From NCBI RefSeq assembly GCF_009914755.1, contig NC_060929.1: DNA of 64,000 bases; one strand, given 5' to 3'. The notes below the pieces were generated by a model. It made no database searches. It was not told the origin of the DNA and saw nothing but the letters and a program-made list of their open reading frames with translations. The stretch comes from the human T2T-CHM13v2.0 reference genome, Homo sapiens. This document shows positions 32,020 to 46,229 of this stretch, piece after piece. How positions within the stretch are numbered: position 1 is the first letter of the stretch; each line of letters starts with the position of its first letter. A program made the position numbers and the translations under genes.

Positions 32020-32249
32020 AAAAAAAAAAAAAAAGAAAAAAGAAAAAAAGAAAACATTGGCAAGCTTAGGGTTAAACAAAACTAAAATGAAAATAAAATA
32101 AATTTAAAAAAAGAACAGAATCAAACCAGAAATAGTCCTCTTAACCACACCTGCTAAACCTTTTTTAACGAGTTCCCTAGTGTGGAAGAATTGGGTAAAA
32201 TATATAAATGAACATCAATCCTTTTCTAGACATTATACTTTTCTTTATA

Positions 32250-33331
32250 TGAGCATACCTCTGAGATATTCTGGGTTTGGTTCCAGACCACTGCAATAAA
32301 CAATTGCAATAATGCAAGTCACAAGAACTTTCGTTTCCAAGTGCATATAAAGTTATATTTGCACTATAGTGTAGTCTACTAGGTGTGCAATAGCATTTTG
32401 TCTTAAAAAACTGTGTCTTAATTTTAAAACTACTTTATGCTAAAAAGATGCTAACAATTATCTGAGCCTTCTGTGAGTTGTAATCTTTTTGCTGATGGAG
32501 GGTCTTGCCTCCACATTCATGTCTACTGACTGATCAGGGTGGTGGTTGCTGAAGACTGAGGTGGCTGTGGCAATTTTTAAAAATAAGACAACAACGAAGT
32601 TTGTCTTATTGACTGACTCTTCCTTTTGTGAAAGATTTGTCTGGACTATGTGATGCTGTTGGATAGCATTTACCCATAGTAGAATTTATTTCAAAATTGG
32701 AGTCAATCCTCTCGAACCCTGCTGCTGCTTTATCAACTACATTTCTGTAACCTTCTAAATCCTTTGTTGCCATTTCAACAGCTTGGCTAACTGGTGCAAG
32801 AGGCCTAGCTTTCGGCCCATCTCAGCTTTCAACACAACTTTCCTCACTAAGCTTAATCACTTCTAGCTTTTGATTTAAGCTAGATCAACATGTGAGTCTT
32901 CCTTTCACTTGAACACTTAGAGGTCATCGTTGGGATATTAACTGGCCTAATTTCAATATTGTGTGCCTCAGGGAATAGGGAGACCAGAGGAGAGGGGCGG
33001 GTCCTTGGAGCAGTCAGAACACCCACAACATTTATCAGATAAGTTCGCCGCCTCATATGGGAGCAGTCTGTGGCCCCCCAAAAAAATTACAATAGTAGCA
33101 TCAAAGATCACTGATCACAGATCACTATAACAGATAAAATAATGATGAAAACGTTTTGCAATGTTTTGAAAATTACCAAAATGTTACGCAAAGACAAAGT
33201 AAACACATGCTGTTGAAAAAGTGTGCCTATAGACTTGTTCAATGCAGGGTTGCCATAAACCTTCAATTTGTAAAAAATGCAATCTCTGCGAAGCACATTA
33301 AAGAGAAGCACAATAAAACAAGGTATGCCTG
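32250..33331 (-). mobile_element. Tigger1 (internally deleted)
   Basis: Both ends present: 'gcatacctctgagatattctgggtttggttccagaccactgcaataaa' and 'aagcacaataaaacaaggtatgcctg|ta'; TA flanks. Confidence 0.9.
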
Positions 33332-33429
33332 TATAATTAACTGTATAGTAATATATTTATTAACAGTTCTACTCTATAGTGGCTGCTCACATATTCTAAG
33401 CTACTTTGTTTTGTGCTGTTGGTAGAGGA

Positions 33430-33780
33430 ATGTTGTCTGTAATTGATGTCAACAACATTTGGATCTAGTTGTACTGGTTCTAGGACTGACATCATCAATA
33501 ACCTAGGCTTTTCCACCTTTCTGCTCTTCACCATATTGATTTTCATCTTCAAGCTCGTTCCCTTATGGTCACAGAGGTTGGTCTCCGTTTCAGATATTGC
33601 TTTTGTGTGCAATCACCTCCAAACACAGGAAGGCTAATTTCTCTCCTTATGTGTCCCTTTGTCTCAGAGAAAAACTTTTCTAAGAATCTCCCAGTGACTT
33701 TGTCTTACATAACATTAGCCAGAACAAAGTCATGTGCTTAAATGTATAACTAATCACCGTCTCGGGAAATGGGATCGTAG
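33430..33780 (-). mobile_element. MaLR LTR, MLT1K-like
   Basis: 'cccttatggtcacagaggttgg', 'cattagccagaacaaagtcatgtgc...aatcaccgt..gggaaatgggat'. Confidence 0.6.
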
Positions 33781-34229
33781 CTGTTAAATGTGTAACTATG
33801 AAGTGCTAAGAACTTAAATGTGGGTTGTGATAATAGTCATGGAAATAGATGATGGAAAAGAGATATATTTTAAAGAACAATGTCAGATCATGTTGACTAC
33901 AAAAGTCAGGAATGAAGATGAATCCAATGGCTAGAGCTTAGGTGACAAGAAATGCCTGGCTACTCCTCCCAGAGAAATGGTGGCCCCAGGGACTGGAGGT
34001 GGAGTGGGCTGAAGAGTGTGGCACCAAGTGCAAATAAAAATAAAGTTAACAAAGTCAGGTAGAGTGCCTGGCTGAGGCGTCAACCTGAAAACCCTGAAAA
34101 CTTCGGCAGAATGGCCATATCTAGATTAAAAAGTTATGGGTCGGATACCAGAGGCATCAGACAAGGAAAGAGGTTACTGAATGAAAAGGCCTGAGACAAC
34201 TATAAAATATTAAATAATACAGGACAAAA

Positions 34230-34735
34230 AAAACTTAAATATGTCAGTAACACAATAAATGTACATGGGCTAAACTCTTCATTTAAAGATTAGAAGTATA
34301 GATTTTTAAAAACTCTTATCTATAAACAATTAGTCAGAGACATACCTAAAAAATAAAACAGGCATAATCATCTCATACTAGTTAAATATCAGTCAAAAAA
34401 AACTTGTGGAACAACGTTAATATCTGACAAAATTTACTTTAAGATAAAAAGCATTACTAGGGATAGAAATGGTAACCATGCAATCATAAGAGGATCATTT
34501 CATCAGAAAGATATAAAAATTCTTCATTTGTGATAGCTGCAAAAATACAAAATGCAAAAATTGACCAGAGGAAAATGTGTTTTGTTTCTATATACACCAA
34601 ATAAATCCCATTTTTTCTGAAGTAGAATAAACAGAGATAAGTAATGCAATGAACCCATCACTCAATTTAAGTAATATTCAAAAGGAAATGGACAAATCCA
34701 CCATTAGAACAGGAAATGTTAAAACACTTCTTTTG
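34230..34735 (+). mobile_element. Old L1M ORF2 5' (endonuclease-region) fragment
   Basis: 'taaatgtacatgggctaaactc', 'taatatctgacaaaatttactttaag', 'catcagaaagatataaaaattct'. Confidence 0.7.
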
Positions 34736-34738
34736 GTA

Positions 34739-35024
34739 TAGTCATGTGCCACATAACAGTTCAGTCAAGGACAGACCACATATACAACGGTGGTCCCATA
34801 GGATTATGATGGAGCTGAAAAATTCTTATTGCCTAGTGAATTGTTACAATTGTCTACAGTATTCAGTACAGTAACATGCTTTGTAGCGTATTGTGTGTAG
34901 GTGTGTAGTAGGCTATATTATCTAGGTTTGTATAAGAGGTGTACACCTATGATATACCTACAACAACAAAGTCATCTAACAACACATTTCCCAGAGCATG
35001 TCTCTGTTATTAAGTACACAGGAC
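34739..35024. mobile_element. MER47A/Tigger-type MITE
   Basis: 'agtcatgtgccacataac..cagaccacatatacaacggtggtcccataggattatgatggagctgaaaaattcttattgcctagtga' and the matching far end. Confidence 0.8.
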
Positions 35025-35489
35025 TTTATTTTTCTCACATAAAAAATAGTCTGCAAAGATTTGGAACATTTGAAAAAAAACACAATTGGCAAGATTGATG
35101 TGATAGTTCCACCCTGTAGATTTAACCTTTTTTCTCTCACAGCACTCATAACATAAATCCTGTACTTCAAATCTCTGACTACCTTCTCTTCCATCAAATA
35201 AAAATAACACATAATTCTACCCTCTTGCCTTGGCCCACATTGTTGTCCAGCCTCCAAAGGCAAAGAATATCTTGACGTGTATTGTCATTTGTTTTTCTCT
35301 GGTTGCTTTTGTTTATATTATTATTTGAACTAGGTTGTAAGCTGTTTGATAGCAGAAACAGGATCTCAGGACAGGACTGAGTTCATAGCAGTATTTCTTT
35401 TTTAATTAAAGGATTTTAATTTTTAAAAATTCTTTAATTTTAATTAATTTTTTATTTCTTAAAATTAAAGATTAAAGAAATTGTTTAAT

Positions 35490-35605
35490 TAAAAAACAGT
35501 GCATGTTCTTTGTCACAAATGAACAATTCAAAGATGTATAAAAAAAATTAATGCTTTTCCCCCATCCTACTCTGTTAAGATAATCAAGGTTAGCAAGTTA
35601 CCTAG

Positions 35606-35654
<49 letters not shown>

Positions 35655-36285
35655 TATCCATCTAAACATTGACCTCTATCTGCTTTTGGGGGTGAGGTGG
35701 GAGTTTATGTTTTTTACTAAATATTAGATCTACTACATGTATTACTTAGAAACATTTGCAAGCATAAAAGACTATGGAAATTTTTGCCAGATTAATCAAT
35801 ATGACTCCAACTCACTTCTTTAAATATCCACATGGCACTCTATAATACAGATGCCCTATAATTCTTCATCCCTCTTTGATTCATGGTTCATGGCTTTGGG
35901 TTGTTTCCAGTTTTTCTGCCATCCAACAAGCTGGTGCTTTTCATTTCTGTGAGTTTAATTGCAAAGAGGAGGACTTGGGGGTCTTTTCTGATTTCTTTTT
36001 AAGCTTAAAAAGCTAGTTGTTGGTTGCCTTACTAAAAGGCTACTGTAATTTACATTCCCACAAGCAATATATGGAAGGCCTGCTCCTTGTCTTCAGAGTA
36101 CTGTAATACCTTTCAATCTTTTTAAATTAGAAATGTAAAAACTGGTATCTCATGTTTGCTTTAGTTTGTATTTCACTAGTTACTAGGAGTTTCAAGCCTT
36201 TTCCTATATTGATTTTCACTTATATGTCCTTACCCATGAATTGTTTGTTTTTATTCTTGGCTCATTTTCCTCCTTTTTGCCTCAG
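35490..36285 (-). mobile_element. Old L1ME-like 3' fragment
   Basis: 'ttgggttgtttccagttttt', 'tgtaatttacattcccacaagcaatat', 'tggtatctcatgtttgctttagtttgtatttc'. Confidence 0.65.
35626..35652. repeat. (CTTT)n microsatellite
   Basis: Direct reading. Confidence 0.93.
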
Positions 36286-37599
36286 AAGTACTTGTTCACA
36301 ATATATTCTCCTATGTAAGGTGAAGGTGAAAGGGGGTGGCCAGCACAAATCCTCTTTGGCCTGAATTATTTGAGCTCTGCCTTAAACCTCCCTTTTTTCT
36401 TTGGCTGTGAAGACATGGTTCCATTTCTCTGGGAAATTGAATGCCCCCATTAAAAAGAAAAAGAAAAGAGAAGAAAGGGGGAAAGAAAGCTCTTACCCAC
36501 CTCACATAATCCTCTTTGCTATCCACAAAGTCTGCTGCTGCTACACGATTCCCGTGGGATTTCTATTCCAGCAACCAAAGAGCACGGCATAAAACCCACC
36601 CACAGAGACCTCACAGTCTGAAGTGCCAGTGTTCAGAAACCATCCGCTTAATGTCGTGCTGCTCTATTGAAAAATGCGGACTCCTTCTGATAGTCTCACT
36701 TGAGGGAATAGAAGCCCAAGCGCAGCAGCCCAAATGACAGGGCTCACGCCTTCCCCTCCACCATGCTTTTATCCCACCTTTCCAACACCTCCACCCTCTT
36801 AGTCCTTTCCCTGGCCTGCACCCCACCTTTCATATTTCGTAAGAGCGCTTCACTCTCATTCCTGACATTAACGAGCTTCAAGCTGATTTTTGCAAAAAAG
36901 AAGAAGAAAATGGAAAAAGAAACCTCATCTTGTAGCCAATATGCCTCCAGCAGGCTTTCCCACAGAGAGAGAAGTGACTCTCCAGGCTGCAGGGAGGCTG
37001 ACATGCAGGCCAGAAGGCAGCTGTCTGCTTTATTGAAATGCCACCTTGACCATTGTGTGCTTTCTCTGAGGGCCGATTGATATTGTTTGAATGCACGGCC
37101 TATGACATGCTTTGTTTCTTATGTCCATTGGTCCTCTCAGCAGGCCAGCTGGAGGGAGGAGAATTCGAATCTTGCTGCCAGTCCTACCTTATCACTCTCC
37201 ACCCTCTCCCCAGCGCTATCTGGCCCCATCAGCTTTTTCAAAAAGACCTCACCGGCACATCCAGTTCAGCACAGATATTGTCTCTTTTCTCATTTCCCAT
37301 ACACGATGGCAGTTTATCCTGTGATCCTGTCAAAAAAAAGTCCTCCAAAGAATTCCAAGAGGTAACACAGATGTGCTTGCACATTTCCACCCACACAGGA
37401 ACCAGCTTGAAATGTCAGATGATCACTGTGTTTGAGCAAATATTAATTTCCTCATGAGCAGATTTTAAATTTGCAATCGTATCCCAAGGAAATCGTTTGT
37501 GCTTAGAATACTTTTTTTTTTTTTTTTAACCTAACGTGTTTTTTTGTTCATCTTAAAGACAGACCACTGCCTAAACAACGTATTCCTCTTCCCCCTTCT

Positions 37600-38175
37600 C
37601 ATAGATTTATTGAGGTATAATATAACCATAAAAGTCACCCACTTGAAATGTACAATTTGACAAGATTTGGTAACGGTACACACAGTTGTGCAACTGTCAC
37701 CACAGTCCACTTTCCCCAAAGTCTCATCATCTCCAAAATTCCCTCTTGCCATTTGCTGTTGATTTCTGCTCCCACCTCAAATCCAGGCAACAAATGATGT
37801 GCTTTCTGTATCTGTTGTTTTGCCATTTCTAGAAATTTCGTATAAATGGAATAACACAATATGTAGCCTTTGTGTCTAGTGTGTTTTTGAGGTTCATTCA
37901 CGTTGTTGCTCATATGAGTATTTTGTTATTTTTTAATAGTCAGCTACCAGTGTGGCCATTGTGGGTAGATCACATTTTGTTTATGCGTTCACCAGTTGAT
38001 GGATCATTGATGTATTTCCAGTTTTTGACTATAGTGTCTCTGCTATGAACATTTCAATATAAGCCTTTGTGTGGACACATGTTTACATTTCTCTTGGGTA
38101 AATGTAAAGGAGCCGAACTGCTGGATCAAATGGTTAGCATGTGCTTAGCTTTCTAAAAAGCTGCCAAACTTCAAA
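37600..38175 (-). mobile_element. L1MB/L1MC-like 3' end
   Basis: 'tttattgaggtataat...ttttgccatttctagaaatttcgtataaatggaata...ttcatttctcttgggtaaat' type motifs. Confidence 0.85.
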
Positions 38176-38319
38176 ATGTTAAAAAATAAAACCACGCCTC
38201 ATTTTCAAGGTTGTATTGGCCATGAAATCACCCAATCTCAAAGAATAAATAAAAATTTTGAGCATAATTTAGCAAAGTTTTTAGACATAGAATCATGAGC
38301 AATAAAAGTAGTAGAACTT

Positions 38320-38493
<174 letters not shown>

Positions 38494-39152
38494 CTAAGGA
38501 AAAGGAATATTATTAAATCCTCTTCTGTCACTGCTGAATCTTTAGCCCATAGAGAAGGGCCTTTTTTAGAACTCTGCTGACAAAGGAAAGGCATAGAATC
38601 ACCACTGGTTCTCAGTTCTTTTGCCTCCACTTTCTGTGCCCTGCTTCTGTGCACTGAGCCTGAAGGGGCCTCTTTCAGAGATCTCAGGCTAAAAGGACCC
38701 AGTTGAGGCTGCTCCTGAAGAGGTAAGAGCAGAAGGGTTTTGGGTGCACAGGCCTTGTCAGTCCTACTGCCACCAGCTGGGTGGAAGCTACATCCACAGG
38801 CTTCATCAACAGGGCACCTTATGGGTTTCCTCAGCCTCCTTCTAACAGCCTTCTGAATGCCTGGGAAGTGATAGACCAGGATTTCCCTGACCTTGGAGTA
38901 CCTGAGGATTCTAGATCCCTGGGATCAGAAAAGAAGCTAAACTCTGCCCTGGTGGTTTGGGATGACAAGGCCATGGCACTAGAGAAAGAAGAGATTTTTC
39001 CAATTTTATTTCTGCTACCTACAAGTTTTATGTTCTTAAGCAAATTATGAACCTTTCTAGTTTTCCATTTTTCCCCGTCAGGGTAGCTGTGAGGATGAAG
39101 TGGGATAATGAGAGGCTGCACATAACACAAGCTCTTTGATGGCAGGAATATT

Positions 39153-39226
39153 TGTATAGATCCCAAGAACCTAGAACAGTGCCAGGCACATAGTAGGTAT
39201 TTCAAAAATGTTCATGGAATGATTGA
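39153..39226 (+). mobile_element. L2 3' end
   Basis: 'cctagaacagtgccaggcacatagtaggtatttcaaaaatgtt..gaatgattga'. Confidence 0.75.
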
Positions 39227-39259
39227 AGTACTTAGCAGAATTCCTGAAGAGATTCTTGG

Positions 39260-40215
39260 TTCATTTGTTCAATCTTTTGCATAATATTTATTGAGCACCT
39301 ACTAATGTTTTAAAGAGCTAAGCTGAGGCACCAAGTATCAGAGCAGCTGATTAAGACAATTAAGCTCAAATGAAAGTAACAATCAAACCTATAATCCCTT
39401 ACTATAAGAGTATTAGCAAGAGGAAGTTGGAGGAAGCACCAACCCCCTTTCTGTTTCATTTTTCTCTGTGGAATGACACCAGTGAGGGTCAGATGGATCA
39501 ACACATATGTAGGGAACTGTCTCACTATCAAGGGAGTCCTGACCAAAGATTCCTGCCATCTTATGGAACCAGGGGGAGGGGAGAGGAAGGGAAAGAGCTA
39601 ATGTGGGAAAGTACTGAGTCAGAGTGGAGAGGCTTCTCCTCCCACTATGAGGAGGTCTCTCCTCCCACTATGAGGAGGTCTCAGCAGTGGCACCCGAGAA
39701 AGTCTCTACTGAAGGACCCCAGTAAAAAGACCTCCACATAGAGGCTTCCTGGGCTAGGAATGCAGATACGTCTAAGAACAAGGCTGGCCAGGGGGCCTGA
39801 GGCTTTGACTGCAATTCCCTCAGAGGCTGCAATGCATGGGCCCATACACTAAGCCTGGTGTGGGGAGGGCAGCTTCCATATGAGGCCTGGAAAATCACAC
39901 ACAGGTTTTGTCCAGGAGCCAAACTCCTAAAGATTGCTATTGAAGAGCAGATATGGCCTCTGCCCTCACTAAAGTGTGCAAACTATTGAGTAGGCACACC
40001 ATAGCCAAATAAACACACAAATAAATACATAATTGCAAATTATGATGAGGGTGGGGTGAGGGTGGAGGGGATGAGAAACCAGAGCCCTCGGGGAGGATGA
40101 CAAAACACTCCTGTATTGGCCCGAATGCTCAAGTCAGCACCCTCGGAAGGGAAATCCAAGCTGAGACCTGGGGATGAGAAGGAGCCAGCTGCATTCACGT
40201 CGGGGAGAAGAGGTT
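39260..40215 (-). mobile_element. L2 fragment split by a ~600-bp insert
   Basis: 'atttattgagcacctac' at ~39287 and continuation 'gcctctgccctcac...aagctgagacctggggatgagaaggagccagc' at ~39950-40200. Confidence 0.55.
39635..39682. repeat. Perfect 23-bp tandem duplication
   Basis: tctcctcccactatgaggaggtc twice. Confidence 0.95.
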
Positions 40216-40976
40216 GGGAGAAAAGGGGCACGTAAACTAAATATTCACTCTACCCTGTGTTACATCAGGCTGCCATGCTTGAGGGGCCAAAGTGACTTAC
40301 CCTGAGCTTCATCCAAATCTGTGTAATAAGTCATCACTTTGTAACCATTTTTTCTTTGATGTACAAAACCAGAGCATCCAGTCGAATCTTACCTGTGGTT
40401 AAACAGATCATGAATACATATGAGTCAGGTGTTCCCAGGATCTCAACAAACTTTTATAAATGGGAATGAACCCACTTTGTGTAGGTCTGTGGAGAGCACC
40501 AGAAGAATAGTTTTCGCTGAATGAAACTCCTTAGCGTTGTTGAGCCCTTTCTGAATATTAGAGCTGGGAGATGCTGCAGAAATCAGGGGTTACTTCTGAC
40601 TTTAGGGAGAAAGGATGAGTCTATGACTATTTTCCTCACCTAAATAGGACTCTGAAAATTACCCAGGGTGCTCTGTCCTCCTGGGCCTGTATTTGTAAGC
40701 CTCGGATGCAAAGGTTATTGTCAAGAGTGGGGTAGGCTTTCCAGTAATTATGAAAAGCCATTCACACATAGCAAAGAAACACTAGCACTTATTGTAAATC
40801 TGAGTTTGTATCAAAATTTTTTAATCCACTCCCTTTCATGATCATAGTTTACCGTCAGTAGAAGGTGCCAATTCATTTCACAAAGCCCTAACACACATCT
40901 AAATTCTCAAAACTTTGTTTCTAGAGTTCTCTTTGAATAACATTGGATTGTGCCACTAAACTAGTTATATCCCTGA

Positions 40977-41181
<205 letters not shown>

Positions 41182-41204
41182 TGAGAAAATGATGCTGCAA
41201 AAGG

Positions 41205-41410
41205 AGAACGGACTTTGGAGCAAGCCAGGCCCAAATTCTAATCCTGACTCTGTCCCTTCCCAGCGTGTGACTCAGGCAACGTCCTTGTTTCCCTGATTCT
41301 CAGTTCCTTCACAATTGGATTGGCTGCCTCTCCCAGGGATGTGGTAAAGATGAAAGATAATTCATTCAGAGTACCTAGTACTTCATATGTGTTTAATAAA
41401 TTGTAGCTAC
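41205..41410 (+). mobile_element. MIR
   Basis: 'ggactttggagcaagcc...tgtgactcaggcaac...cagggatgtggtaaagatgaaagataat'. Confidence 0.75.
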
Positions 41411-41794
41411 GATTATAATAGGAGTAGATTGCAGTCACCATGCCTGCAACTTAAAGCATACTGAATTCACCACACTTTAAAATTTGAGACACCCAGTTGA
41501 ATTTTGGGGAGTCCATAAAGTGAATTTCTGGAATTTTGTTCAACTCTCTTCTTACCCTAGATATGTGATTGGGAGAATGCAGCTTGTAAAGAAAAATTCT
41601 CTTAAAGGCCCATAGACAGTCTTATTGGCTAGTACAGGTTAGGCATGGGGTTAGAGAGGCGCTACCTCGGGGAGGAGGTATTGTGGAAGTTGGAGGGTCT
41701 CAGGAAGGCACAGTTCCCCTTCCATCCCTCCTGAGAATAATGCCACCTTTGTTTCTTCCTGGGTCTTAATTAGAGTCATAAGCTTGTAAAGTGA

Positions 41795-42030
41795 AACATG
41801 GCAGAGTAGTTAAGGGTGCAGACTTATTAACTAAAATGGAGGGGAGAAAATATTGCCTTTGCTACTTCCCAATCATGTGACCTGAAGTAAGTTGCTTATC
41901 CAATCTATGTCTCACTTCCTTGCTTGTAAAGAGGAATTTAGAATAATAACATTTTCTATTTCAGATGGTTGTTTTGAGAGCGATTTAAACAGTTAATACA
42001 TGTGCTTAAAATCGTCAGGCCACAGGTAAG
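41795..42030 (+). mobile_element. MIR
   Basis: 'atgtgacctgaagtaagttgcttat..ctatgtctcacttccttgcttgtaaa'. Confidence 0.7.
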
Positions 42031-43524
42031 TGATATCATTGTCATAGGTGTAAAATTATCTTTCAAAGTGAATCCTAAAATATTCTCCATTGTAATTTTG
42101 AAGTTTCTAAATCTGTAATTTAAAGATAAAATACTTTAAATAATCTCTGTCACACATCGTGCAAAAGAGAAACAGCAATTACGATCAGCAAAGAACAGAC
42201 CCAGTAAATAGCCAAGAGGGCTACAATCTGAGGAATAGGTCTTTGCAACCGGTGAAGTGACTGATCCATGCTTCCCTGCAGCACAACAACGGAGGTGTCA
42301 GGGTTAATTATTGTAAACTATCTAGTGGTTCAAATCCAATTTTAAATGGTCTGGATGTGTATAAGGCTCTGAATTTTAATTTGTCTTTGAAAAAGTACTA
42401 TCTCAATTTTTAAAATCCCCCTGAGCTCTGTGACTCATACCACCAGAAATCTGACCTTTCAACCAAAGGGGGAAAAATCTAAGTTGTTACCTTGACAACA
42501 AAAGGTAAGCAGGATGCTTTGAGCTCTGGTGCTTCTGCTATAAATAATCCATCTTTGGCCAAAGAAATATAACATGAGCATGGAGGGGAATAACCTGGAT
42601 TGGCTATGGGAACAGTCTGCATTTCAGGAGATCATTTTAATCACAACTTTTAGGAATCATTCCCAGAGGCACTTTTGTGGCAATTAACCAAGAAATCAAT
42701 AAGAAGGAATGAATTCAATTTCTAAAACGGAATTTACACAAATCAAGACTGATAATGCTTTTTCATGTGAGAAATTTCTCTGTATGTATTTGTACCGTTG
42801 TCTAACTTCTGTTGTTTTTCTTTAAAATAATTGTTCTCTGGTTTCCCAACAACCTCTAAACCAGAACAAAGAGATGCTAACAATGAACTTTGGTCCTTTA
42901 GCTGTAATTTACACGGTCTTACCCTACACAGTAGCAGGAAAGAAACAGCAATAAAGTTGGAGGACTTTTATAACGTTGTGGATTTTTTTTTAAAAAAATA
43001 AGAAATCAAAGTCCTCTTTTGGTAGAAAGTCACAATATACTATTGAATTTTTTTAACCCAGCTGTACACATGGATAGATTTAAGATTTATAGTTGTGATT
43101 ATCCTTTTGCTTGCTGACGTAAATTAGTCTTCTGGGAAGTCCAAGTTATTTCTCAATAAGCTGTAATAGTCTGTGAGTCAGAGTAGGTGCTGCTGATGAG
43201 TCTTGCAGGATTTATAGGAAGGCAACTGAGAAATTGAGGGGCACATTCATCCAATGGCCTTTGGAAATAGTGCATAAAAATATTTCCTGAATAAGAGTCT
43301 TTGCTCCAGTAGATTCTAGCTGCTTTTCAGTAAATACAATTCACCCAGGAAAATTTCCTAAAGTAACCTTCCAGTTTGATGATATTCTCCACGATTATTA
43401 ATGTTTCTTATTATTGTAGCAGGGTGAGAATATCTACGCTGAAGCTCTGGTGAGCAAAATAGGATAATGGTTTGTTTTTTTCCCACCGATCTTGTTTTGT
43501 TCTTAAGTTCCTACTCTTGATGAT

Positions 43525-44429
<905 letters not shown>

Positions 44430-44959
44430 ACAAAGACTATATTCTATCCACAAGGTTTGAAATATAGTATGATGCTAGCATATTGTGTTATATTTCACCA
44501 GCAAGTACTCTCAGCTATTTCTGCATGCCACCACCCCTCTCCTAACCCCTCCTCTCCCAGACATGCAGGAACTTCTAGATCCCAACACTCCAGGGGAAAG
44601 TCTTGGAGAATCAGTGGAATAGAAAGGACATTTTATGCTATCCTTCAAGCACCTTTCTTAGCCAATTTTACTCTACTCCTAATTGCTCTGTTGGAGATAG
44701 TAGCTCAACACTAGCCTCTGGGCTTCTCTGAGAAGCATGCAATCTTTCCAGAATGACCTAGAGAAAGACAAATCAAGACTTTGGTTCCAAAATCACCCTA
44801 GATTTATCTGAGTGCTTCTCTCTCATCCTCCGAAGCTTGGTCCCCAGAGCAGCAGAGAAACGAAGTCCTTCACATCCAACCTCTTGCTCTTGTCTTTCTT
44901 TTCCTCCTGGCCCGGTTACCTGGCACAGAAAGCCTTCTCAAAAGGAAATGGCATTGAAA

Positions 44960-45140
44960 ACCATATGAGACTATCCCATTTGAGTATGTGTTCATTGTCT
45001 GTTTTCCTCACTAAAATGAAAGTTCTGTGAGTGCAGAAATTTTAATCTGCTTTGTTTGCAGTTGTATCTCTAGCACTAAAGCAGTGTTTGATATAAAGGA
45101 GGTGCTCAATAAATATATACTGAACAGTAAATGAACAATC
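44960..45140 (+). mobile_element. L2 3' end
   Basis: 'ctaaaatgaaagttctgtgagtgcag...gtatctctagcact...ggtgctcaataaatat'. Confidence 0.7.
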
Positions 45141-45254
45141 ACTGTATACAGTTTTCCATAGTACTTATTTTAGAAATTGCACATGTATTAGTATAAACTT
45201 GATTAATGTTGATTTCTTCCACTAAAACTGTTACCAATGCATGCCTAGTAAAAA

Positions 45255-45402
45255 TGAACTTGCATGCTTGGTAGACATACAATTTCTGATTCTTTCCCTG
45301 AGATTGTGATTCTGTAGGTCTAGGCTGGAGCTTATAAACCTGTATATTTTGCAAGTGCTTCCCACCCTCAATCAGTAGGCCACTTCGGAAAACATGGCTC
45401 TA
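45255..45402. mobile_element. MER5-like hAT relic
   Basis: 'ccctgagattgtgattctgtaggtctaggctggagc...ctgtatattttgcaagtgcttccc'. Confidence 0.6.
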
Positions 45403-46229
45403 AGACATAAGTCCTAGAAGGGTAGTAGGGCTTATGACTGGAGATATATGGCACATAGTATAACCTCATTAAGTTTTGTTAAATAGATGAATGACTGACG
45501 GATAGTGGTCTCTTTGTGACTTGGTATTCTCCTTTTAATAACTAGACAGATCTTTCCTATAAAAATTGGGTGAGTTAACTAATGAAAAACCATCATTTGA
45601 TTTTCTAGCATCATATTATACTTCAAATCTTGTGGGTGGAATGTAGTCTTTTATTACTACCTCATTAACAAGAAACACAAAATGTGACTATCAAGATATC
45701 AGCCATGTTCCTTTCCAAAGCTGAAGTTAAAGTATTTACTAAGCCATAACAATTAAATACTTAGTATTAATATCAGTAATTAAATATTTAGTATGAATAA
45801 TCATGAAAGAGGAAGTAAATCTCCTGTCACCTTTTCAGATATTAGGAACACAAACGAAGATTTTTTTCAGTTTTGTTCTGAAAACATGTAGCAGAAGAGT
45901 AATTAGACATAATACATAATGGCTATCATTTCTCTATTACCATCTTGATATTTCTGTACTTAAGATCCAAGCACTATGACTACATGAGCAGGGAGGCAGC
46001 CTGAAACCACAGAACAATCATGGGACTTGGGGACAGAAAATCTGCTTATCACTCATTTGGGTCCTGATTATCATTCATTCTCGGGTCCTGATTATCACTC
46101 ATTCGGCTGCTAATTGGTTGTATGACCTTTGTCAAGTCTTGTTCCCTCTGCCAGCCTGGTTAGTGGGGGTTGCATTAGTGGATTTCTGAAATTTATCCCA
46201 GTTTTTGCATCCTGTAGCTTCTGTATTCA

